This document shows, piece by piece, positions 8,231 through 14,910 of a stretch of 37,730 nt of DNA (positions are counted from its first letter, which is position 1; the number at the start of each line of letters is the position of its first letter). The notes under the pieces are model-generated. The model was not told the DNA's origin and searched no databases. It saw only the letters and a list, made by a program, of their open reading frames with translations. Made by a program: the position numbers and the translations under genes. The stretch comes from Candidatus Bipolaricaulota bacterium (GTDB lineage Bacteria; Bipolaricaulota; Bipolaricaulia; UBA7950; UBA9294): assembly GCA_015485945.1 (NCBI GenBank), contig WFSM01000027.1:1-37730 (forward strand). The letters are read 5' to 3'.

Positions 8231-9379
8231 GCTGATTAGAACCGCGATCCCGACCGCAACAGCAACTTCCTCCCATCCGCCCCCCGTGTAGGCGACGATG
8301 TGCGTCTGTGCGGATACGGCAGCGATCGCTGTCGCCACTCGGGTTCCCGGTCGCTGTGGATCCTCCAGCTGCACAAGGATGGTATACGTGCCGGATGGTC
8401 CGGCGTGCGTGTCGAGCCAGCCGATCACGTTCTTTCCTGGAACGATATCCAACGGTCCGGCAATGAGGGATGCCTTTCCCGGTGATAGTTGCATAGTCAG
8501 GGATGCGGCGTTCGGGCGCCGCGCGTAATACACGGTCCCGTCGGGACCCACCACTTGAACGAACACGAGATACTTCCCGCCGGTAGTAGCGGACAGGATG
8601 ACCGCTACCTCGTTGTGCACTGGCACCGGAGCGAAGGAGAGATGGACCGCTTCCGTGGGGTGGGTTGGGACCGGTCCCGTGGCGACGACGAATCGATCGA
8701 TCGTGTACGCCCCGAACACACCGCGGTTTAGGGTGGTCCGTATCCCGCGGGGATCATGTACGTCGCGGTTGTAGGGATCGGTGATCGTGTACGTCGTTCC
8801 CACCACGCCGGTGATCACTACCCAGTGACAGTTCTCGGTTTTCGCCGTCGTGCCGTGACAATGTGCGCCCCAGTGCACTCCAGCGATCACCGGATATCCA
8901 TGCGCCAGCGCGCTGTCGATCAGGGAACGTGAAGTGGAATCAAGGCCAGTTGTGGCGCTGTTGGTGTGCCCGGACAGGGTGATCCAAGGAATAGCGGTCC
9001 ACTCCAGGCAGCATTTCCCCACGCGATCGGTGGCGCAGCGGCCATATCCGCCGTGGGCACGCAGCCAATCGTTCAGAATGCCGGGATCCATTCCAGTGCG
9101 GACCTTGCCGGTGTCCGACTCCGCTGCGGGGATGGTCAGTTTTATCCCGTAGTAGTCAAGGACAGCGGCGAGCGAGGTGATCAAACATCCGGCTGTTTCG
9201 ATACGGTCCGGGCATCCGTTCGTTCCCATTGGATAGGCGCCCCAATACCCGTGGGAATCGCGGTACGCCTGGTTGAACCCGGGAATCGGCAGCGCCTGTG
9301 CGAATAGCGGAACGATAACCAATATAAGAATTAGTGCCGTGGACAACAGTGCGGTTGCTGTGACCTTGCGGTTCATCAT
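8192..9379 (-). CDS. Secreted, C-terminally membrane-anchored C39-like (clan CA) cysteine peptidase domain protein
   Basis: Signal peptide LLSTALILILVIVPLFAQA. The putative catalytic Cys is in ETAGCLITSLAAVLDYYGI and the His is in CHWVVITGV, as in Peptidase_C39_2-type domains. An Ig-like middle region and the C-terminal TM VAVAVGIAVLISLATALIVLAV follow. I moved the start from the track GTG 9388, which lies inside the SD, to ATG 9379, 8 nt after GGAGG. Confidence 0.6.
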   Translation of the reverse strand: MMNRKVTATALLSTALILILVIVPLFAQALPIPGFNQAYRDSHGYWGAYPMGTNGCPDRIETAGCLITSLAAVLDYYGIKLTIPAAESDTGKVRTGMDPGILNDWLRAHGGYGRCATDRVGKCCLEWTAIPWITLSGHTNSATTGLDSTSRSLIDSALAHGYPVIAGVHWGAHCHGTTAKTENCHWVVITGVVGTTYTITDPYNRDVHDPRGIRTTLNRGVFGAYTIDRFVVATGPVPTHPTEAVHLSFAPVPVHNEVAVILSATTGGKYLVFVQVVGPDGTVYYARRPNAASLTMQLSPGKASLIAGPLDIVPGKNVIGWLDTHAGPSGTYTILVQLEDPQRPGTRVATAIAAVSAQTHIVAYTGGGWEEVAVAVGIAVLISLATALIVLAVKQ

Positions 9380-9384
9380 GCTGA

Positions 9385-10716
9385 TCACCTCCCGGCGTGG
9401 TTCCTGATACCGGCGGCGGCGATCATACCGGTCACCGCAGAATACACGATCCCGCGGGAGTGTCCGGAGGAGTCGCCGGCGACGAAAAATCCGGGAACCT
9501 GCGTTTCCATCTCGTTTGTCACCGGGTAGCGTGTATCGTAGAACTTGATCTCCGGGGCGTACAGGAAGGTGTTGTCCGCGGTCAGTCCCGGGATGATGTT
9601 ATTGAGCTGCTCCAGACCCTCACGTAGATTCACCGCTACCCGATCGGGCAACGCCATCGAGATGTCACCCGGGGTGGCGTCGGTGAGGGTGGGGGAGATC
9701 GTAGCGCGGCGAAGGCGGTCCGCGGTCGACCGTCGCCCGCGGTTCAAGTCCTTCAGGCGCTGGATGATCGGGCGGCCACCTCCGATCGTCGTCGCCAATT
9801 TAGCGATCGCGCGGCCGTACTCAGTGGTGTCCTCCACCGGATCGGTAAGCTCAATGTGGGACAGGAGGGCGAAGTTGGTGTTCTCGGTCTTGACGTCGTT
9901 CTCCGCGTGCCCGTTGACAAGCGAAAATTCCTCATACTTTTCCCGCACCACGAATCCACGCGGATTCGTGCAGAACGTACGCACCATATCATCGTAGGTG
10001 GCGGTGCGTACGCGCAGCTTGGCGTCGTACATCACCCGTTCGATCGGGGTGTACAGCTCAGCGGGGAACTCAACGCGAACTCCAACGTCGATCGGCCCGT
10101 ATTCCGTCTCGATTCCCAGCTGCAGTGCTTCCTCCCGTAGCCAGTACGCGCCGGCACGGCCCGGGGCGGCGATTACGTACCGGGCGGAGATTGTCTCCGC
10201 GCCGTGGAGGATGAAGCGGTCATCAGTCCGCTCGATGCGGGTGATACGGTTCCCAAGCGACGCTTCGATCCCGTGAGAACGCAGATGCTCCCAGAATCGT
10301 TCCACCACCTTGCGCACCGGCGTGGTGCCCATGTGGCGTTGCCGCCCGCTGATAAATTCAATTCCGTACCGGCTTGCCGCTTTTTTTAACGCCATGAGGG
10401 CGTCGGCGTTTTCGCCCGAGTACTTTTTCGGCGCACCAAACCGGGTGAACGTGGCATCGATGCGGTCGATATAGTCCTGAATTTCCTCCGGAGTGCGGCC
10501 GATGCTTGCGGGATCACCGCCGATCTTGGGTGTGAGGTTGAGCTTTCCGTCGGAGAACGCGCCCGCGCCGCCAACCCCAAACGCGATGTGAGTGCGGCGG
10601 GCGACCTCCGGACCACGGTCGATAACCACTGTGGTCAGCCCGCTTTCGATGAGGACATCAGCGGCAAACAGCCCGGCGGGGCCGGCGCCGATGATCGCAA
10701 CGTCTGCTTGTTTCAT
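9385..10716 (-). CDS. COG2509-type FAD-dependent oxidoreductase of unknown substrate
   Basis: Rossmann motif DVAIIGAGPAGLFAA. GVGGAGAFSDGKLN is a hallmark of the uncharacterised FAD-dependent dehydrogenase family, and GFFVAGDSSG lies near the C-terminus. ATGA overlap with the upstream HAD gene. Confidence 0.85.
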   Translation of the reverse strand: MKQADVAIIGAGPAGLFAADVLIESGLTTVVIDRGPEVARRTHIAFGVGGAGAFSDGKLNLTPKIGGDPASIGRTPEEIQDYIDRIDATFTRFGAPKKYSGENADALMALKKAASRYGIEFISGRQRHMGTTPVRKVVERFWEHLRSHGIEASLGNRITRIERTDDRFILHGAETISARYVIAAPGRAGAYWLREEALQLGIETEYGPIDVGVRVEFPAELYTPIERVMYDAKLRVRTATYDDMVRTFCTNPRGFVVREKYEEFSLVNGHAENDVKTENTNFALLSHIELTDPVEDTTEYGRAIAKLATTIGGGRPIIQRLKDLNRGRRSTADRLRRATISPTLTDATPGDISMALPDRVAVNLREGLEQLNNIIPGLTADNTFLYAPEIKFYDTRYPVTNEMETQVPGFFVAGDSSGHSRGIVYSAVTGMIAAAGIRNHAGR

Positions 10717-11408
10717 AACACCTCCATCAACCGGGACAGGGCGTCAATTTCAACGTCAGGGTGGATTGAGTCCACCAGTTCGGTGTTGGTCGGGTGCTTC
10801 ACCCACACGCAGTGCAACCCGGCACGTTTCGCCCCGATCACGTCCATCGCGTAGGAGTCGCCGATGTACACTGCCGTGTCCGCAGTCCCTCCGAGGCGGG
10901 CAAGGGCGATGGTAAACACCCGTGGGTCGGGTTTGTAGATCCCAACGTCACCGGCAACAACAACCGTGTCGAAATACGAGGTGAGTCCAAGGCGGTGGAT
11001 CTTCGGCCACTGCATCTCGCTCGGACCGTTCGTGAGCAGCCCAAGCTGGAACCGCGGCCGAAGTGCGGTAAGGATGGAAACGGCGTCCGGGTCGAGCTCT
11101 AAACTAGGGAGGCGAATATCGATGTACATATCCCCGAGGCGACGCGCCAGTTCAGGATCATCGATCCCGTGGTCCGCGAGCAACCGGATCCAAATGCGCG
11201 CCCGGAACGGGATGTCCGACTGCACCTGTTCCTCGGCGTGCCACAGCTCCAGATACCGAGCGGCGGCGACGGTGAGATCGCCGAGTGTATCCGGCGGAAA
11301 ACCGGCCTGATTCAATGTCGCAGCGAGCGCGTCAGCAGTTGTGATCCGGTAGCGGCACAAGGTGCCATCGAGATCGAAAATGACGGTGCGCAGATTGGCA
11401 AACTGCAT
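10713..11408 (-). CDS. HAD-IA superfamily hydrolase/phosphatase
   Basis: Motif I is VIFDLDGTL, motif II is LLTNG, and motif III/IV is KPDPRVF...VYIGDSYAMDVIGAKRAG. Confidence 0.85.
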   Translation of the reverse strand: MQFANLRTVIFDLDGTLCRYRITTADALAATLNQAGFPPDTLGDLTVAAARYLELWHAEEQVQSDIPFRARIWIRLLADHGIDDPELARRLGDMYIDIRLPSLELDPDAVSILTALRPRFQLGLLTNGPSEMQWPKIHRLGLTSYFDTVVVAGDVGIYKPDPRVFTIALARLGGTADTAVYIGDSYAMDVIGAKRAGLHCVWVKHPTNTELVDSIHPDVEIDALSRLMEVL

Positions 11409-11512
11409 CGGTTGATAAGCCCCTCTTCGTTTCTTATCCTCTGGCGAACGCTATTCCCATGCGGCCAGCGACAAATGGTAGGGGCGGCTGGTTGCAAAGT
11501 CAAGGAGGGATG

Positions 11513-12100
11513 ATGCGCATCATCAGTGGCACCAGGAAGGGAAGAAAACTCGTAGATTGGGAGGAGAAGGGGATCCGCCCGATGCGCGATTTCGTGCGCA
11601 GCGCCCTGTTCAACATCATCGCCGATCTCGTTCCCGACGCCCGGTTTTTGGATCTGTTCTGCGGTACCGGAAGCGTGGGGCTGGAAGCGCTGTCCCGTGG
11701 GGCGCGGGAGTGCGCGTTCATTGACCGCTCTGCCGTTGCATGTGGAATCACCCGTCGCAACTTGGAAAAACTTGGACTTCTTGCGCAGGCACAGGTATTG
11801 CAGGCTGATTTCCTCGCCGGGATCGACCACTTCGCCCGACGGGGGCGTCGGTTTGAGTTGGCGTTTGTCGGTCCGCCGTATGGGAAAGGGCTCGCCGCTG
11901 CCGCCCTCGCTCGCATTGGAGCAGGGGACGTTCTTGCTCCGGACGCCGTGGTGGTGACGGAAATCTCCAAGCAGGACAAAGTCGCCGCGGATTACGGCGT
12001 TCTCACCCGTATCGATCGCCGCGGGTACGGAGACAACGTACTTGTGTTCTACCGGGCGTCTCTGTCACCGCCAGTTGGCCGTAACGGTACGATCGGCTAA
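11513..12100 (+). CDS. rsmD: 16S rRNA (guanine966-N2)-methyltransferase RsmD
   Basis: MRIISGTRKGRKL..., the SAM motif DLFCGTGSVGLEALSRGA, and FVGPPY (a DPPY-type motif). The start is placed at the second ATG after AAGGAGG (11502-11508). ATG 11510 and 11459 are alternatives. Confidence 0.85.
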   Translation: MRIISGTRKGRKLVDWEEKGIRPMRDFVRSALFNIIADLVPDARFLDLFCGTGSVGLEALSRGARECAFIDRSAVACGITRRNLEKLGLLAQAQVLQADFLAGIDHFARRGRRFELAFVGPPYGKGLAAAALARIGAGDVLAPDAVVVTEISKQDKVAADYGVLTRIDRRGYGDNVLVFYRASLSPPVGRNGTIG

Positions 12101-12130
12101 CATGAAGAAATATTTAACAGGAGGAGAGAG

Positions 12131-12934
12131 ATGCCGGAACGACTAATCCTTATCACCAACGACGATGGCGTAAATGCCCCCGGGTTAATGGCCTTGAAAG
12201 AAGAGCTTGGTCACGTGGCGCGGGTAGAGGTGTACGCGCCGGACCGCAATTGGTCGGCGGCGAGCCGGACAATGACGTTTCACAAGCCGCTGCGTGTTGA
12301 TCGCGTGCAGCTGCTCGACGGGACAGTGGGCCACGTGACGAGTGGAACGCCGTCTGACTGTGTGTCATTGGCGCTGCTTGGCCTGCTCGATACCCGCCCC
12401 AATCTCGTTGTATCCGGGATTAACGCCGGGTTAAACGTGGGTCAGGACATCACGTATTCTGGCACGGTCGCCGCCGCAATGGAGGGCGTGCGCAGCGGTA
12501 TCCCGTCGGTGGCAATGTCGCTTGACGTTGGGGTAGATCCACGCCCCGACGCTGACTATGGGTTGGCGGCCCGGTTCGCGGCGAAACTGGCGGCATTTCT
12601 GTTGGAGAACCCCTCACTGCCCAAGGGCATCCTGCTCAATGTGAACGTTCCCGCTGGGACACGGGGGAGAAATCCACAGGTGAAGCTCACCCGCCTCGGA
12701 GGATTGGCGTACAAGAACTACCTCGTCACTGGCAAGGACCCGCGTGGCCGCAGCTATTATTGGATCACCGGCGATCCGCTCACCGATGTCCCGCCCGAGG
12801 AGGAAGGGACCGATATTTGGGCGATCGCCAACGGACTTATCTCCATTACCCCGATCCACCTCGACATGACCGAGTATTCACTGCTGGAAAAGTTAGAGGG
12901 GTGGGAGAACCATCCCTGGTTTTCCGGGGATTAG
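12131..12934 (+). CDS. surE: 5'/3'-nucleotidase SurE
   Basis: ILITNDDGVNAPGL is the N-terminal signature, SGINAGLNVGQDITYSGTVAAAMEG is present, and AGGAGGAG lies upstream. Confidence 0.9.
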   Translation: MPERLILITNDDGVNAPGLMALKEELGHVARVEVYAPDRNWSAASRTMTFHKPLRVDRVQLLDGTVGHVTSGTPSDCVSLALLGLLDTRPNLVVSGINAGLNVGQDITYSGTVAAAMEGVRSGIPSVAMSLDVGVDPRPDADYGLAARFAAKLAAFLLENPSLPKGILLNVNVPAGTRGRNPQVKLTRLGGLAYKNYLVTGKDPRGRSYYWITGDPLTDVPPEEEGTDIWAIANGLISITPIHLDMTEYSLLEKLEGWENHPWFSGD

Positions 12935-13206
12935 GCGCGGACGATGGTCCAGATCCCGATGCCGATGAACAGGGCCCCGGCTACGTAATGAACTATCTTA
13001 AATCCTGATTCTGGAACCGTTCGCAGGAGAAACCATCCGGCGCCGACGGCAAGCGCAGTGGACAGCAATAACGCGCTCCCTGCCCCGATGAGGACAGCGA
13101 TGGGAGCGTTAAATCTGTCAGTGAGGCTCAGAATGGCAATCTGTGTCTTGTCACCGAATTCAGCGAGAAATACAGCGGCGAATGTAGTCACCACAATTTT
13201 CCACAT
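12931..13206 (-). CDS. UPF0016 (GDT1/TMEM165) family single-repeat membrane protein, putative Mn2+/Ca2+ transporter subunit
   Basis: 91 aa with three hydrophobic segments. FLAEFGDKTQIA matches the family E-x-G-D-(K/R)-(T/S) motif. AAGGAGG lies 5 nt before the ATG. Confidence 0.8.
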   Translation of the reverse strand: MWKIVVTTFAAVFLAEFGDKTQIAILSLTDRFNAPIAVLIGAGSALLLSTALAVGAGWFLLRTVPESGFKIVHYVAGALFIGIGIWTIVRA

Positions 13207-13468
13207 TTGTCCTCCTTAAGCAATTGCAGTGTTGCCCGAATTGCGGGTTAGCCGTAGACTGGCACTCGGGTGATTCCGAATGCGGGGCAGAACCTATTAT
13301 CAATATTACACGAACGTCATCTATTCGACACCGGAGCACTGTCTGGCATTGCACGGGAGGATTGCACGTGACCCAAGCGCGTTTGCTCCGGCCACGGACG
13401 GGTGTGTACACCGTATTCTCGCGTTCTCCCACAAGGAACTTTCCCATCACCGCGAGCAGGAGCGAAGG

Positions 13469-13798
13469 ATGCGTGCCATCGCCCAGGCAGAGCTGCACCG
13501 GCGTGAGCTGTTCGCCGCCGCGACGCGGGTGCTGGACGACGATCCTGATCAAGCGGTGAAACTATTCGCCCAAGCGGCGCAGATCGAGGTATATATCCCC
13601 GAGTTGGAGCAATTAGCAGCCAATAAAGAGACAACACTGGTGGCTCACCCTGACGTACGGGAACACCTGGGCAAGATCTTCTCCCGGGCATACTCGGACA
13701 AGTTCGGCCGCCCGCGCTACGAGCGGCTGTCTGAGCTGATGCGCCTCGCCCGCGAGCAGGCGGGATTAGCGCGGATCAAGGAGCTGTTTTTCCCATGA
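13469..13798 (+). CDS. Hypothetical alpha-helical protein (109 aa), translationally coupled to comEA-like gene
   Basis: This is an in-frame part of track ORF 13280..13798. ATG 13469 is preceded by AGGAGCGAAGG. I recognise no family. ATGA overlap with the next gene. Confidence 0.45.
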   Translation: MRAIAQAELHRRELFAAATRVLDDDPDQAVKLFAQAAQIEVYIPELEQLAANKETTLVAHPDVREHLGKIFSRAYSDKFGRPRYERLSELMRLAREQAGLARIKELFFP

Positions 13799-14187
13799 AT
13801 GTTCGTATTTCCTCGACGCAAGAGCGGGGGTTAATTATTTTGATCGCGGTTGCAATTATTGCCGCTGGGATCGCGTTCTACGTTCCGGTTATGCGCCGTG
13901 CCCGCGTGTCCGCGTCTGCACCGATCATGGTCGAGAATGTGCGTATTATCGTACCCCGTTTTCTGTCTTCACGCCCCAAGGTTAACGTGAACACTGGTGG
14001 AATCAGTGAACTCACGCGTCTCCCCGGCATTGGGGAAACGCTTGCTGCCCGGATCATTGCCTACCGCACTGTACACGGACCGTTCACCCGTGTGGATGAA
14101 CTGAAAGCCGTCTCCGGAATTGGGGACAAGGTGGTAACGCAAGTTCGCGATTTGGTGACGCTAGAACCGAAGAAAAGCGAGCGCTAA
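13795..14187 (+). CDS. comEA: ComEA-like helix-hairpin-helix DNA-binding protein with N-terminal membrane anchor
   Basis: TM segment LIILIAVAIIAAGIAFYV. The region VNVNTGGISELTRLPGIGETLAARIIAYRTVHGPFTRVDELKAVSGIGDKV is the ComEA HhH repeat region. Confidence 0.8.
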   Translation: MNVRISSTQERGLIILIAVAIIAAGIAFYVPVMRRARVSASAPIMVENVRIIVPRFLSSRPKVNVNTGGISELTRLPGIGETLAARIIAYRTVHGPFTRVDELKAVSGIGDKVVTQVRDLVTLEPKKSER

Positions 14188-14199
14188 CCAGCGCTCGCT
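14172..14199 (-). terminator. Intrinsic terminator of the riboswitch-controlled gene, embedded in the comEA 3' end
   Basis: Perfect 10-bp stem AGCGAGCGCT / AGCGCTCGCT (14176-14185 / 14190-14199) with a 4-nt loop. On the minus strand it is followed by TTTTCTT. It lies 30 nt after the stop at 14229. On the plus strand there is no U-tract. Confidence 0.6.
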
Positions 14200-14228
14200 G
14201 TACGTGAGGAAGCGTATCGGAAATAAGC

Positions 14229-14753
14229 TCAGTCACCGGTGATTGTGTACACGACAGTGAGCCCGTAATCACCTGGTTTGTAAGCAGCGGGATTGAGTTT
14301 AACACGGTAATCGATTGTCAGTCGGTATGCACCCCGTTGGCCGTGCGCCAGTGGCTGATCAAATTGGGATATCGGGAAGAACGTTCCACCGTTAACACGG
14401 ACGAGAAAATCGGAAAGAGGCTTTACGTAACTGCCGTCGGTGCTTGTGCCCATGTTTGGTTCCAACGCGTGCACGTTCACCGTCCATGGAATGTTACTTG
14501 CGGCGACCAGGGTGAGCGCTCCGTCCTGTTCGATGTAGCCAGCGGCGAAATCAGCGGCCGTGGGCTGTTTGAGATTAAATCGGGAGACGACGCTCGTCCC
14601 GGTGGTAGCGGATCCGACAACTGTAAGCGATTGGAACGGAAGTACCCGCCACGTTACGGTAACTGCCGCCGTCGTGGAGTTAGCAGCAAGACCGGACACA
14701 GCTACAGTGCATGCTGCAGCGATAAGGAGGAATAATCCAACCCATTGTTTCAT
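14229..14753 (-). CDS. Secreted beta-rich protein of unknown function (possibly pilin/SCPU-like surface subunit)
   Basis: Signal peptide MKQWVGLFLLIAAACTVAVSGLAA. The mature part is rich in alternating T/V strands and ends in PGDYGLTVVYTITGD, which only loosely resembles SCPU/DUF4402-type subunits. It sits downstream of the c-di-GMP riboswitch. Confidence 0.7.
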   Translation of the reverse strand: MKQWVGLFLLIAAACTVAVSGLAANSTTAAVTVTWRVLPFQSLTVVGSATTGTSVVSRFNLKQPTAADFAAGYIEQDGALTLVAASNIPWTVNVHALEPNMGTSTDGSYVKPLSDFLVRVNGGTFFPISQFDQPLAHGQRGAYRLTIDYRVKLNPAAYKPGDYGLTVVYTITGD

Positions 14754-14759
14754 CTTCGC

Positions 14760-14847
14760 ACTTCGGTAACCCGGCTGCCGTCTCAGGCCCGTGGCTTTGC
14801 GCCCCTCACTTCCATGTTCGTGAGGTTTGCCGTTATCGGTCCGAAGT
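14760..14847 (-). promoter_or_regulatory. c-di-GMP-I (GEMM-I) riboswitch aptamer
   Basis: The minus-strand RNA is ACUUCGGACCGAUAACGGCAAACCUCACGAACAUGGAAGUGAGGGGCGCAAAGCCACGGGCCUGAGACGGCAGCCGGGUUACCGAAGU. It shares the conserved blocks GGCAAACC-[hairpin]-G(A/G)CGCAAAGCC-[hairpin]-GC(G/C)GGGUUACCGA(U/A)G with the V. cholerae Vc2 aptamer (from memory). The closing stem is ACUUCGG/CCGAAGU and the hairpin stem is CCUCAC/GUGAGG. The aptamer ends 6 nt before the AUG. Confidence 0.85.
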
Positions 14848-14910
14848 AGTCACCTCCTTAAAAATCCCTCGATCCGGTTTTATTATTCCTCGTCCGCACC
14901 GATTTTAGAC

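Noticed and set aside
9741-9751. GGTTCAAGTCC, a tRNA T-arm-like string.
   Set aside because: It lies inside the FAD-oxidoreductase coding sequence. No acceptor, D or anticodon stems can be drawn around it, so it is not a tRNA.
13207-13300. I looked for a yybP-ykoY (Mn2+) riboswitch in the leader of the UPF0016 gene, since that family is a known target of the riboswitch.
   Set aside because: Neither strand shows the conserved GGGGAGUAG...UUGACAUA...AGCAAGACC-type blocks of Rfam RF00080, as I remember them. Only small unrelated hairpins are present.
14850-14860. The plus-strand string TCACCTCCTTA, identical to the 3' end of 16S rRNA (anti-SD).
   Set aside because: It is only 11 nt, with no surrounding rRNA-like sequence. 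It is simply the complement of a minus-strand SD-like UAAGGAGGUGA and is discussed in the riboswitch findings.
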